IMG/VR virus record: IMGVR_UViG_3300020213_000001
Length of the DNA: 64,000 bases
Reading direction: 5' to 3' (one strand)
DNA from: a virus
Shown: piece by piece, positions 19,286-28,514 of the stretch
How the letters are laid out: the number at the start of each line of letters is the position of its first letter
Position numbering within the stretch: the stretch's first letter is position 1
The notes under the pieces: model-generated
Seen by the model: the letters and a program-made list of their open reading frames with translations, nothing else
Told to the model about the DNA's origin: nothing
The model's database searches: none
Position numbers and translations under genes: made by a program

Positions 19286-21631
19286 TTAATCTTTTGGTTG
19301 AGAGGCAGGAATACCGTTTTGTTCCATCATCTTAACCACCTGCTCTAGCTGTCCATTCATTTGTTGTAATGCGTCTCCAGAACTCTTGGCTGCTTTTACG
19401 AAAAAATCAAACTGTACGTTATACATTTCAGCAGCTTGGGTATGCTTAGAAGCTGCCGCCACTAGTCCATCTAAATGTTTATTAACTGCAGACAATTTGG
19501 CGGCATCGCCGATAGCTGCCGATCCTGCTATCCGTTCTGTTGGTGTTATATTTGCACCATCATCAGACCCGAGTTGTCCTGCTAGTCTAGATGAGAAATT
19601 GGCATCAACCCCCTCGCCGCTCATGCGCCTAGCTCTACCGACTGTTGCTGACCTACGGCTATCCGCACCCTTGCTTGATTCAGCCGTGCCAAAGGAATTG
19701 ATATCCTCAATAGAGGCATCGGTAAAAAGAGAAGCTCCTTCTGCCGTCTTTAGAAACTCTGCAATCTTATTTGGGGTCATTCCCCTTATTCCCTCCCCAA
19801 GGGCGGCTGTTGCTTCAGCTTGAGAGGAGGTTCTGGTTTGTTTAAACTCATCTTTTTGTCTCATTCCTGAAATTAATTCGCCAGTGGTGATACCCATCTT
19901 ATCAGCCAAACCCCTTGCCAGTTCTGGATCTTTTTCTAAATCCTCTGCTGAGTATTGGTTAAGGGCGTTCATTAATTTGGAATCAGACTTTATTTTGTCA
20001 AAACCTTTACCGAATGCTTTTTTACCGCCCGCGCCTTGAAGGAAACCCATTCCCATCTGTCCTTCAAGCCCACTAGCCGATTTTGACCTGTCAATCATTT
20101 CTCCATAGGTATCCCTAGCACCCTGCATACCGGACTGGGTTAGACTAGTTACACCTGCGCCGAAATTAGATAAAGCTGTTTCACTAAAACCGCCGCCGGA
20201 GCTAGCCAATTCTGCGGTGATGCTAACCATGCGTTTCATTTCCTGAGGCATAGTAGAAGAGTTAATACCAAGCTTCATAGCCTCTGACATTAATTTAATT
20301 ACAGCCTGGTCTGTCTGACTGGACTCCATGCCGGTACCTGACAGTTGTCCCATAACCTCTTGAGAGTTTCCTAACCTCAAATTGCGCTGGAATTGAAGAG
20401 CCGAGCCGGCCATAGCCCTTGCACCCTGCGACGTGGCTCCTGCGCCTATCAGCGATTGTGACGATGCTGAAACCTCGTCCTGTGTAAATCCAATCTTGGT
20501 ACCATAGGGGTTCATGGCGTTTGCCATCCACCCCTCTTTTCCAGACTCTCCGTATAACCCTCTACCGGTAATCCCCAAAGAACGTTCAAGTCCTTTGTTT
20601 CTATCCATAGACCCCTGCATTGAGCTATAAGCCATTGATTTTTGTGGATTTTTAAGCTCCTCCATTGCGAGGTTTTGCTCGTATTTCTCCATACCTTCTT
20701 TAGTCATCATCTGTCGGTAAGAGTCTTTATCAAAAACACGGTTTAATAGCTTCGGGCTTGACACCATAGCAGCACCAAAACCCACGCCCGCTCCCGTTGC
20801 TGCTCCCGCTGCTGCTCCCGCTAATGTTCCCGCTCCTGGAAGTACAGAGCCAGCTACAGCACCGGTGAGCATAGATGCTCCGATTTTAGCCCAATCAAGT
20901 CTTGCTTCGTTTTTCTGTTCTTTAGCAGCCAATCCCATAGCTCTTTGGCGCTCTTCTGCAAAAAACAACCCCTTAGATCCTTGACCGGAAAACTGTTCTT
21001 GAATTCCGCGACCAGATATCCTGGCAGTGATCCCTTGAGAAGCCAAAACGTTTCTCTCGTTTTCAATACGACCTGATGCAATGTTTAAAGCGCCGTTTAT
21101 GATTGCACCAACGCCGATTGACTTTAGAATTCCTGTAAACGCCGTAACACCCTTGCTTTGTTCGTCTGGAGTGCCCATTTTTGCCGGGCGATATCCTCCC
21201 GACTGAATATCGCCAATCCTTGAATTGATATCTTGTCTAGTGCTCTCCATTCCTATAACTTTTCTAGACATTAGATTGACTTCTCTATTTAATAGGTCGA
21301 TTTGCTTTTGTTTTTCAGCAGTTATACCACCTTCAGAGGTTTTAATCTTATCCAATTGAGCTTGTTTTCGTCCCAGAGCAATTGCTTCTTTACGCTGTTC
21401 AGACTCAATCTCCTGACTTTGTTTTCTTAGAATACTCTCAGATGATTGGTTATATTTACCCTGGGCATAGGAAGCTGCTGGAGACAGTGTGGAGCCGGAA
21501 CTGGCCATGTTGGTTATTTGATTGTTAGTTTTCTGCAATTGTTGAAGACGCGCAGTCATCTTTTGAATATCTTGATCAAAAGATGAAGTATCTAGCTGTG
21601 CTCTTATTTTTATTGACTTACCGTCTGACAT
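19286..21631 (-). CDS. Tape-measure-like tail protein
   Basis: 781 aa, Ala/Gly/Ser/Met-rich helical with GAAAGAATGA segment; upstream of hub and spike. Confidence 0.6.
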   Translation of the reverse strand: MSDGKSIKIRAQLDTSSFDQDIQKMTARLQQLQKTNNQITNMASSGSTLSPAASYAQGKYNQSSESILRKQSQEIESEQRKEAIALGRKQAQLDKIKTSEGGITAEKQKQIDLLNREVNLMSRKVIGMESTRQDINSRIGDIQSGGYRPAKMGTPDEQSKGVTAFTGILKSIGVGAIINGALNIASGRIENERNVLASQGITARISGRGIQEQFSGQGSKGLFFAEERQRAMGLAAKEQKNEARLDWAKIGASMLTGAVAGSVLPGAGTLAGAAAGAATGAGVGFGAAMVSSPKLLNRVFDKDSYRQMMTKEGMEKYEQNLAMEELKNPQKSMAYSSMQGSMDRNKGLERSLGITGRGLYGESGKEGWMANAMNPYGTKIGFTQDEVSASSQSLIGAGATSQGARAMAGSALQFQRNLRLGNSQEVMGQLSGTGMESSQTDQAVIKLMSEAMKLGINSSTMPQEMKRMVSITAELASSGGGFSETALSNFGAGVTSLTQSGMQGARDTYGEMIDRSKSASGLEGQMGMGFLQGAGGKKAFGKGFDKIKSDSKLMNALNQYSAEDLEKDPELARGLADKMGITTGELISGMRQKDEFKQTRTSSQAEATAALGEGIRGMTPNKIAEFLKTAEGASLFTDASIEDINSFGTAESSKGADSRRSATVGRARRMSGEGVDANFSSRLAGQLGSDDGANITPTERIAGSAAIGDAAKLSAVNKHLDGLVAAASKHTQAAEMYNVQFDFFVKAAKSSGDALQQMNGQLEQVVKMMEQNGIPASQPKD

Positions 21632-21748
21632 TTTGTTACCTAGGATCGATATTTACCAGTTAGCCTAACCCACTGAAATTAAAGGTAAATGGTTGATTTT
21701 TAAGGAGTTGATAGGCAGGAATAGCTTAAAGATTGTCATTTTAAACGG

Positions 21749-21964
21749 TTAAGGGTTGATTCTTTCCTCTAATTCACAATGATACTGTTGATATATATTA
21801 CCATCAATCAGTTTGTGGTCTATTAAAGTGCAGTTATCTCCTGAAAAATCAACATAATCGTGTGTACACGATGCGATAATCAAGAGAAACAGTGCAATTA
21901 CAAGTAGATAGGGAATTTGCTTAATCATTACCGCCTCCATAGAGTGAATTGATATTATAAACAA
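21749..21964 (-). CDS. Small putative lipoprotein
   Basis: LLVIALFLLIIASC lipobox. Confidence 0.5.
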   Translation of the reverse strand: MFIISIHSMEAVMIKQIPYLLVIALFLLIIASCTHDYVDFSGDNCTLIDHKLIDGNIYQQYHCELEERINP

Positions 21965-21979
21965 TAAAATCGTAAAAAA

Positions 21980-22255
21980 TCACATACACCCACTATAGTA
22001 ATCAAACCACATATCGCTCCAGTACTCATCCTGACTTTCTTGGCAAGTAGGACATAAAACACACCAGTTACGGCTTTCTTCTTCGTATTTAGTGTTCTGC
22101 AGTCTATTGGTGGCATTGTTGTTTCCGCAACAAATACACTCCAAGGAACCATCTTCAATTGCATCCAAAACCCTACTTGAATACCCCTTGCAAACCACGT
22201 TGGTGCACCTGCCGTCTTCCTTTATTTTTTTAGAACAAATAGGGCAACTTCTCAT
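21980..22255 (-). CDS. Cys-rich zinc-finger hypothetical protein
   Basis: Multiple CxxC pairs. Confidence 0.55.
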   Translation of the reverse strand: MRSCPICSKKIKEDGRCTNVVCKGYSSRVLDAIEDGSLECICCGNNNATNRLQNTKYEEESRNWCVLCPTCQESQDEYWSDMWFDYYSGCM

Positions 22256-22327
22256 ACCTCTTCCCTCTATATGGTTTATTTCCTAAACCAAAACCACCCA
22301 TTAGGTGTTTATTGCATTCATGGCAAT

Positions 22328-22633
22328 TCATTGTTTAACTTTAACCTCACCCTTCATCATAGCCTTGTGAGGCTGACAGTAGTATTTAAACCCCTTGTCT
22401 ACCTTTACCGTAAAAACCTGATCTTTCTTTAACATCTTTGATTCAATCTTGCCGTCTTCTGACACTACATTGTGAAGCATCGAGTCTTTATTGATGAATG
22501 TTATTGTTTCCCCCTTAGAAACCGTAATAGTAGAGGGGTTAAACTTCATGTTCTTGATTTCAACAACTTGCGAGTTTAACATAATGTAAAGCAGTAGACT
22601 AGACATTTTTAACTTCCTTTTTACTAGCGTCAA
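22328..22633 (-). CDS. Cupredoxin (plastocyanin/amicyanin-like blue copper protein)
   Basis: FNPSTITVSKGETITFIN, HNV, YYCQPH..MMKG type-1 copper ligands. Confidence 0.85.
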   Translation of the reverse strand: MTLVKRKLKMSSLLLYIMLNSQVVEIKNMKFNPSTITVSKGETITFINKDSMLHNVVSEDGKIESKMLKKDQVFTVKVDKGFKYYCQPHKAMMKGEVKVKQ

Positions 22634-22997
22634 TTCTCTCGTTAATCCTGATATTGTTTATATTAACAGCTTCTTCAGTGGGAACATAGTCCCTAAAAAA
22701 TCCATCTGGACAACGCTCGAAAATAGTAATATCTGTAAATTTTGGGCTATACCCACGATAGATCATCTCCTTAACTAGCATTTCAAATCTTTTCTGTAAA
22801 AACAACATTTTATTATAGAAGAACTTAACATGCCCCTTGCCTAGGGTGTAATTTTGCGGAATTTCATCAACACTAAATGGTTTTTTGCGCTTTAGAGATT
22901 TTTCAAGATTGCCAGGTAAGCGTGTGATTTCACGATACTCGGCAACAAGATGTTGTCTAATCAATTTACTTGGATCTATTACATTTATTCTGGTCAC
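22599..22997 (-). CDS. denV: Pyrimidine dimer DNA glycosylase / endonuclease V
   Basis: (M)TRIN...QHLVAEYREITR...YTLGKGHVKFFYNK; GTG start at 22997 with AGGAGG SD restores catalytic Thr2. Confidence 0.93.
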   Translation of the reverse strand: MTRINVIDPSKLIRQHLVAEYREITRLPGNLEKSLKRKKPFSVDEIPQNYTLGKGHVKFFYNKMLFLQKRFEMLVKEMIYRGYSPKFTDITIFERCPDGFFRDYVPTEEAVNINNIRINERIDASKKEVKNV

Positions 22998-23113
22998 TTT
23001 AACCTCCTGAAACACTCATAAGCATACCATGCCCAGACGATAATAGCAAGCAAAAGCAGTTTGATTTCATGGCTCATTTTGTACCTATTAGATCTACTCT
23101 AAAGACCACATAG

Positions 23114-23431
23114 CTATTCAAAGAAGTCTTCATTAACTTGCATAAGGAACTCCGAATGATCTTCCTCATGCTTTTCCTTACAGTGTGAACATCTCTTATC
23201 GTGATCCACCCCATACGGGTCTGAATTTTTATTACATCCGTCACACCCAAATACATCGCACAATTTTTCTGGAACTGGAGGAATGGTACTCTTCTCTGGC
23301 TCTGGCTCTGGCTCTTGCTTAATTATTACGTCAAAACTTTTACAGCACGTACCGCAAAAAACCCTACCGTTCTTTTTAGCCCAAGCAATGTCTATTTCTA
23401 TTAGTGAATTGCACAGCGGACACATGTTCAT
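23114..23431 (-). CDS. Zinc-ribbon hypothetical protein
   Basis: CPLC...CGTCC, EP repeat linker. Confidence 0.55.
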   Translation of the reverse strand: MNMCPLCNSLIEIDIAWAKKNGRVFCGTCCKSFDVIIKQEPEPEPEKSTIPPVPEKLCDVFGCDGCNKNSDPYGVDHDKRCSHCKEKHEEDHSEFLMQVNEDFFE

Positions 23432-23816
23432 TTATAACCCCCTAAGCTCTACATAGAAACCTACTAGTCCTAAATGGATAGGATTCCCCAATAAAAACCA
23501 CTCAAGATAGAAACCGTAAAACAGATAAGCAAGATTCCTAGTGCCTTTTTTTTGCCTATCTTTTCTAGATTGTATATGAAAATAAAACCACTCAATAGAC
23601 CAGTGATAGCTGGGTGTAATATGGAAATGAGTTTCACTTTATACCTCTCCGATGCATCATCCTATATTGCCAGTCATTACAATCCCAGGCAAACCCGAGT
23701 ATTCTAAACGCCCTCTTGTATTCCCCGTCAAAACATTCCCAGGTAAGAAAGGCCCAGTGTCTAATTGAGACACACCTTTTTGGTGATATGTATTGTAGTT
23801 TCACTGTTAACCCCCG

Positions 23817-24143
23817 TTAAAAAGAATAATCATGATAAGCGTTACGAATTCCAAAAGCTACTTTTGTGTATTCACCAGATTTGCGCCACTGACCGTCTTT
23901 TCTGATAGAAACTCGAATTAGCTGAGCATCTGTATTTGCGCTATATTCGTAATCCTGACTCTCACTCATACCGTTATTATCTATACGTTTCGCTGAATCC
24001 GGCTGAATCCACGCTGTCCGCCCTGATTTAGACACTCTAACTACGGTTGCAGCGTGTCGATCCGTATATAGATAGACTGTGGCACCATCACCTACTTCCG
24101 GGGCTTTACATTTAATCTTAAGGATGTTTGCAATTTGTGTCAT
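23817..24143 (-). CDS. Conserved phage hypothetical protein
   Basis: PEVGDGAT...TDRHAATV...R.AYHDYSF pattern; SD and upstream promoter. Confidence 0.65.
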   Translation of the reverse strand: MTQIANILKIKCKAPEVGDGATVYLYTDRHAATVVRVSKSGRTAWIQPDSAKRIDNNGMSESQDYEYSANTDAQLIRVSIRKDGQWRKSGEYTKVAFGIRNAYHDYSF

Positions 24144-24262
24144 AAAATCTCCTTAAACACACAATACCACATGGGAGGGTTTGTTGCAAGCTTATTGTTT
24201 ATCCCCAGAAAATCCCGTTCAGGCCCTTGGCAACTAGAAACTCATTGAATGTATGATCCATA

Positions 24263-24907
24263 CTACACCTTGCTAGTAGCACTCAGTACCCTGGCTATCC
24301 ATTTTTCAATTTGTGAAATAGATACCGGTGCATAGTTGTTTGCAGCCACACCAACGTCATATTGTCGTCCAAGTTCGCGTTTTTTATCGTTGTGGGGCCC
24401 GGAGTGTATGTGACCAGATAAATGGAATTGTCCTTCGTCCGCCACGCTATATTTACGATTCTTAATGTCACCGTGCCAGCATTCGTCACCTGTTGAATTT
24501 CTCATACCGTTGGTGTCTTCTCTAAACACGCCGGCCAATGGGCAATGACTCATTGTAATTCTATTCTCACCTAAATAGATAGTTGCGCCGTGCATTACAA
24601 CATCAAACCCCATTTCGTAGCAACTATTGTAGCCACGGTCATGGTTCCCCACTACTAGAACTTTAACCCCGTTCATTTGTGTAACCACTTCTCTAGTTAA
24701 ACTACTACTACCTAGTCCAATATCACCGAGAAAGTAGCAAATACCTCTTTCAGGTACGGTTGCGTTGTAGTTACTAATAAGAACATCGTGCATGTGTTCC
24801 AGGTCCCTAAAGGGCCGCCTATCAAACTCCAGTACGCTTTTATGCCCGATATGTAGGTCTGAGGTGAAAAATGTAGGTTTGCGTACTTCAGAAGTCATGT
24901 TTCTCAC
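24263..24907 (-). CDS. Calcineurin-like metallophosphoesterase
   Basis: SDLHIGH, LGDI, GNHD, GHIH, DVGV. Confidence 0.9.
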   Translation of the reverse strand: MRNMTSEVRKPTFFTSDLHIGHKSVLEFDRRPFRDLEHMHDVLISNYNATVPERGICYFLGDIGLGSSSLTREVVTQMNGVKVLVVGNHDRGYNSCYEMGFDVVMHGATIYLGENRITMSHCPLAGVFREDTNGMRNSTGDECWHGDIKNRKYSVADEGQFHLSGHIHSGPHNDKKRELGRQYDVGVAANNYAPVSISQIEKWIARVLSATSKV

Positions 24908-25127
24908 CCTGATATTTTAGCCGTTCTAAACTAATACGCTCTCCTTCACCATTCTTCAAAATAAATCCACCATCGCGCATGTCAATACGAAGCTCAATAT
25001 ATTTACATTCAGAATTTTTAAACCACTGCCAACCATCAGGGTTATCCCCCGTAGCAGTTTGAATGAAATCAAACACACCCTGTAGATTAGTATTCCATAC
25101 GTTGTCAGGTTTTAAATCTTTTTCCAT
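24888..25127 (-). CDS. Hypothetical protein
   Basis: 79 aa ORF abutting upstream gene. Confidence 0.55.
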   Translation of the reverse strand: MEKDLKPDNVWNTNLQGVFDFIQTATGDNPDGWQWFKNSECKYIELRIDMRDGGFILKNGEGERISLERLKYQGEKHDF

Positions 25128-25322
25128 TCAAAGCTCTCCGATGAATACGTTTTCGATGTAAAATAATGACGTGGCCGGACCTTCAAGCCAGCATCCGAAG
25201 TCCTCATCAAAATGGCAGAAGGCTGCGGTACCATTGGTTGAATGTTTAATGACGAACAAATAGTTGTCCTTGGGCACATACCAGAACCCTTCACGCGGGC
25301 GCAATGTTTGGTCATCTTTCAT
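25128..25322 (-). CDS. Hypothetical protein
   Basis: 64 aa ORF in GC-rich island. Confidence 0.45.
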   Translation of the reverse strand: MKDDQTLRPREGFWYVPKDNYLFVIKHSTNGTAAFCHFDEDFGCWLEGPATSLFYIENVFIGEL

Positions 25323-25500
25323 TCACCCCCCTTTCTTGCCGCAACTCGGTCCCTCCAATCCCCCACCCAATTACGACAGTTGCAATTATTGAACCCAGGG
25401 CGACACTAAGAATAATTGTTCCAGCCACTAAGTGGCGGGGTGTGGTGAAGATCATCGCCGCGATCGCAATAACTACTTCGATGATAAGAATTGTAATCAT
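25312..25500 (-). CDS. Small membrane protein
   Basis: Two hydrophobic helices; ATGA overlap with upstream ORF. Confidence 0.55.
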   Translation of the reverse strand: MITILIIEVVIAIAAMIFTTPRHLVAGTIILSVALGSIIATVVIGWGIGGTELRQERGVNER

Positions 25501-25619
25501 GTGCCGTCACCGCTGCCATCGCCGCCCTCGCCGCTGTGGCCATAGCCGCTACCGCTGCCGTAGCCACGGCCGTCGCCGTGCCCGATCATGCTGTGAGCGT
25601 CCTCTAGTTCTTTAGCCAT
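25497..25619 (-). CDS. Gly-rich repeat peptide, paralog 2 (40 aa)
   Basis: MAKELEDAHSMIGHGDGRGYGSGSGYGHSGEGGDGSGDGT; GGAGAG SD. Confidence 0.55.
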   Translation of the reverse strand: MAKELEDAHSMIGHGDGRGYGSGSGYGHSGEGGDGSGDGT

Positions 25620-25643
25620 TTGCTCTCCTTGGTTTTGCCGTGG

Positions 25644-25907
25644 TCATGCGCCGTCGCCGTAGCCGTCTCCATCGCCACCATCGCCGTCTCCATAACCATC
25701 CCCATCCCCATCTCCATCTCCGTCGCCTTCGCCGTCGCCGCTGTAGCCAAAGCCATAGCCGTCTCCAAAGCCGTCTCCGTAGCCGCCAAAGCCGTCTCCG
25801 CTGCCGTCGCCGTAGCGGTCGCCGTCGTCTCCGTAGCCGCGAAAGCCACTGCCCTTGCCGTCGCCGCGGCCGACAGCGCTGTAAGCGTTGTCTAGCTCTT
25901 TGGCCAC
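25644..25907 (-). CDS. Gly/Asp/Tyr-rich (GDGYG) repeat protein, paralog 1
   Basis: MAKELDNAYSAVG then (G-D/Y)n repeats. Confidence 0.6.
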   Translation of the reverse strand: MAKELDNAYSAVGRGDGKGSGFRGYGDDGDRYGDGSGDGFGGYGDGFGDGYGFGYSGDGEGDGDGDGDGDGYGDGDGGDGDGYGDGA

Positions 25908-26218
25908 TTGCTCTCCTCACAATCCAGCACAAGAACCTCGGCCCCCCGGTGAAAACGGCATGTGCCTGCGGGTTCCAAAATTGTGTCGTTGAGGGGGCCG
26001 CTGCTCGCCAGTTCGCCCAGGCCTTTGGTCGTGCCCCACCGGCGGATCACTGAAGAATCGAGTAACAAGCACTCGTCTCCCTCGCGCGAGTATGTGCCCA
26101 CGAGTACCCAGCCGCGCTGTAGCACTACAATTTTTCTACCCGTCGGTGACTGTGTGGGCGCAGGTGCGGATTTCTGCTGGAAGACCATCTCAATAATCGC
26201 TTTCTGAAACTCGTTCAT
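25892..26218 (-). CDS. DUF6948-like phage protein
   Basis: IVVLQRGWVLVG...VIRRWGTTKGLGELA..GP pattern (family name from recall). Confidence 0.65.
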   Translation of the reverse strand: MNEFQKAIIEMVFQQKSAPAPTQSPTGRKIVVLQRGWVLVGTYSREGDECLLLDSSVIRRWGTTKGLGELASSGPLNDTILEPAGTCRFHRGAEVLVLDCEESKWPKS

Positions 26219-26236
26219 ATATCTCCCCTGTGGGCA

Positions 26237-26476
26237 TCATTGCCCGGTTGTTAACTTCGCAAGATAGGCCCTTGCTGCTACCGTGGGGCAAGTACCCCCA
26301 ACGCCAATCCATCCGTGTGACTGGCAGCTTCCATGATGATCGAAGTGGCATTTTGTATCCTCGGCATCAACCATCGGCCCCAGGTACTCAATGAGGCGCT
26401 TAATGGTGGCATCCCGTTCGGCAATCTTTTCGAGAAGTTTTTTAACACTTTTATCTTTCTGTTCAATCTCTCTCAC
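26237..26476 (-). CDS. Hypothetical protein
   Basis: CHFDHHGSCQSHG metal-binding-like motif. Confidence 0.55.
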   Translation of the reverse strand: MREIEQKDKSVKKLLEKIAERDATIKRLIEYLGPMVDAEDTKCHFDHHGSCQSHGWIGVGGTCPTVAARAYLAKLTTGQ

Positions 26477-26503
26477 GGTTTCACCTCGGTTACGCGGTTT
26501 TAC

Positions 26504-26848
26504 TTATAGCTTCTCATAGTTTTTTTCAATGGCGTCTGCTATCTTATTGAAACTAGTAATAGCACGATCGTTTAAATTAATTAGACTAGTTTCACCATCA
26601 ACCTTCGAACCGTAACAACTAACCATTCCAGCCCACTCCATTACACTGTTTGGAAGGTGTGCAGACATTTCATCAAACCTACTAACATCGCGACTGCTAT
26701 CGTAGTCACAAACACCCTCAACCAGTGCTAGGTTGCACAGTACGCCCAAACAACAATTTGTCCCATCTTTCTCTAAGTTATTAAAACCTTGTTTAAACTC
26801 TCCAGACCTAAGAGCATCTACCCACATATCAGCAATTTGTTTTTTCAT
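26504..26848 (-). CDS. Conserved phage hypothetical protein
   Basis: WVDALRSGEFKQG...CCLGVLC...LND..SF..IAD.IE pattern. Confidence 0.7.
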   Translation of the reverse strand: MKKQIADMWVDALRSGEFKQGFNNLEKDGTNCCLGVLCNLALVEGVCDYDSSRDVSRFDEMSAHLPNSVMEWAGMVSCYGSKVDGETSLINLNDRAITSFNKIADAIEKNYEKL

Positions 26849-27242
26849 AAGCCTTCCTTATTCTATAGGTTAAATCTTTAATAGCTACCTTAGGGTCATA
26901 TCCGTAATCTATAAACAGTTGTGAGCCTTTCCTTATGTTACTATTTGCCCAGTACTCCATGCATTTGTCCTTGTAATTGCAAGAGTAGTCTATATTGCTT
27001 TTTTCTTTATGGTTAAACAAACTACCAAACCCCAATGCCAGGCACTCTTTATTACCTTTCCAGATATATACGTATAGTTCTAAATACTTACCTGCGGTAT
27101 CTTCTTGTTCTAAATACTTACCTGCGGTATCTTCTTGTTCTAATATAATAATAGGACTAGACTCAATAAGCTCTCCAGCTTTTATGTCTTTATTAGCGTA
27201 AAGACCGCGCCCATATTTTTTAGTAGTTCTAATTTCAATCAC
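26829..27242 (-). CDS. SET-domain protein (putative protein-lysine methyltransferase)
   Basis: GRGLYANKDIKAGE, SLFNH, I.KG.QLFIDYG. Confidence 0.88.
   Translation of the reverse strand: MIEIRTTKKYGRGLYANKDIKAGELIESSPIIILEQEDTAGKYLEQEDTAGKYLELYVYIWKGNKECLALGFGSLFNHKEKSNIDYSCNYKDKCMEYWANSNIRKGSQLFIDYGYDPKVAIKDLTYRIRKAYEKTNC
27077..27143. repeat. Perfect 30-bp tandem duplication (LEQEDTAGKY x2) in SET gene
   Basis: GTTCTAAATACTTACCTGCGGTATCTTCTT repeated directly. Confidence 0.95.
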
Positions 27243-27261
27243 TTACCGCTCCTCACAATAA

Positions 27262-27341
27262 TGGTACGACATCAGAGAATCGAACCCTGATTTCAAGTGT
27301 TTATAAGACACTTCCGGTAAACCACCAGCCCGCCATGTCGC
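27262..27341 (-). tRNA. tRNA-Ile(UAU)
   Basis: Acceptor GCGACAT/ATGTCGT-A-CCA, anticodon arm AGTGT-CTTATAA-ACACT, T arm CAGGG-TTCGATT-CTCTG; atypical position 8 and D arm. Confidence 0.8.
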
Positions 27342-27347
27342 ATAATC

Positions 27348-27376
27348 AGTATACCACGGTTTTAGTATTGAGTCAA
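27348..27376 (-). promoter_or_regulatory. Promoter for tRNA
   Basis: TTGACT-17 nt-TATACT with extended TG. Confidence 0.7.
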
Positions 27377-27454
27377 TTAAATCTCATATATTTTAAACAA
27401 CACAGTCAGCACAGGAAGCGTCACCAACCTCAACCGTTCTTATTCCACTTGGCA

Positions 27455-28423
27455 TTAGCTATTCCTAGTTCTTTTGCTTTTAGCGGCGACCTTTAGATCT
27501 GAAATCATCTTTTCCATTGTGCAATCCTCTGCATTTAAATCGTCACGAAAGCGGAAAAATGTAGGGTGGCGAAGTCTTGGTGGGCTGTTTTTTGTTTTTA
27601 AAACTTCCTGCGCCCAGACATCCAGAACTTTTCCTTCGTATTCATAAAAGTTTTTGCTCATTTTAATTCTTAACTCGTCGTCAAAGCCGGAGGCAAATCC
27701 CACTTCCACAAGGGAGCCATTCTGATATACCGAAAGCGCTAGTGAGCCAATCATTCCCTTGTACTTGTTGGTCCCCTCTTTCCAACCAGACACTACTACT
27801 GAAACGTCATAGGACTTCTTCATTTTTGACCAAAATTTTCCGTAACCCATTCGAATGTCTTTTATGATTAACCCTTCGCCTCCTGCTGCTACCACTTTAT
27901 TAAATTCTGCGGAGAATCCAGAAGTAATCCAAGGAATAGGCTTAACGAATTCGTTACCCATTTTTTTAACGACTGCTTCTAGTAATTTCCTGCGCTGCTC
28001 AAGTGGGAGATCTCTAACGTCTTTGCCCTGAAACATCATGATGTCGAAAACCATATAGGTTAGGTTTCCAAGTTCTTTCTGTTTACAAGACGCTTCTGCC
28101 GCGCCGGAGTTCATTATTGAATTAGTATTTAAAAAGTCGCTTGAAACTATTTCTCCATCAATCACAGTACCTTCTAGGCCCTCGTAATCAACCTTGGTGA
28201 TGTGTGGGATATTGTCAGTCTTGTCTACCAGCAAACCGTCAGACACAGAGCCGCGCCTAGAAAGAAGTGTATGTCCTGACTTTCTTCTTTCGTATGGGCA
28301 TGAGTCGAAATACATAACATATCGTGAGCCATCAATTTTTTCTTCAGCTATAAAATAAGGCTTATCAAAGTCTTCAGGAAGTTTTGCTGTACAACGGCTA
28401 GGGATACATAATTCTAATTTCAT
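27455..28423 (-). CDS. lig: ATP-dependent DNA ligase
   Basis: EEKIDGSR adenylation motif, IDGEIV, VFDI, EGLIIK, LRHPTFFRFRDD OB domain. Confidence 0.93.
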   Translation of the reverse strand: MKLELCIPSRCTAKLPEDFDKPYFIAEEKIDGSRYVMYFDSCPYERRKSGHTLLSRRGSVSDGLLVDKTDNIPHITKVDYEGLEGTVIDGEIVSSDFLNTNSIMNSGAAEASCKQKELGNLTYMVFDIMMFQGKDVRDLPLEQRRKLLEAVVKKMGNEFVKPIPWITSGFSAEFNKVVAAGGEGLIIKDIRMGYGKFWSKMKKSYDVSVVVSGWKEGTNKYKGMIGSLALSVYQNGSLVEVGFASGFDDELRIKMSKNFYEYEGKVLDVWAQEVLKTKNSPPRLRHPTFFRFRDDLNAEDCTMEKMISDLKVAAKSKRTRNS

Positions 28424-28441
28424 AGATCCATCTTTAGTTTC

Positions 28442-28513
28442 TTAAAATACACAGCGCGGCATTGGAGGCAGCCATGGGTAGAAAGAAAGATGTACGTCTT
28501 TATTATTTTGCAC
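28442..28513 (-). pseudogene. Collapsed relic of an eighth array paralog
   Basis: GTG CAA AAT AAT AAA GAC GTA (cf. MQINKDV) joined to a GCTGCCTCCAATGCC variable-region fragment. Confidence 0.55.
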
Positions 28514-28514
28514 G

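Noticed and set aside
23431-23810. Two short minus-strand ORFs, one possibly frameshifted
   Set aside because: Too short and featureless to support a call
25304-26053. Arg-rich and Ala/Thr-rich alternative-frame ORFs
   Set aside because: Shadow frames of the GC-rich GGC-GAC repeats
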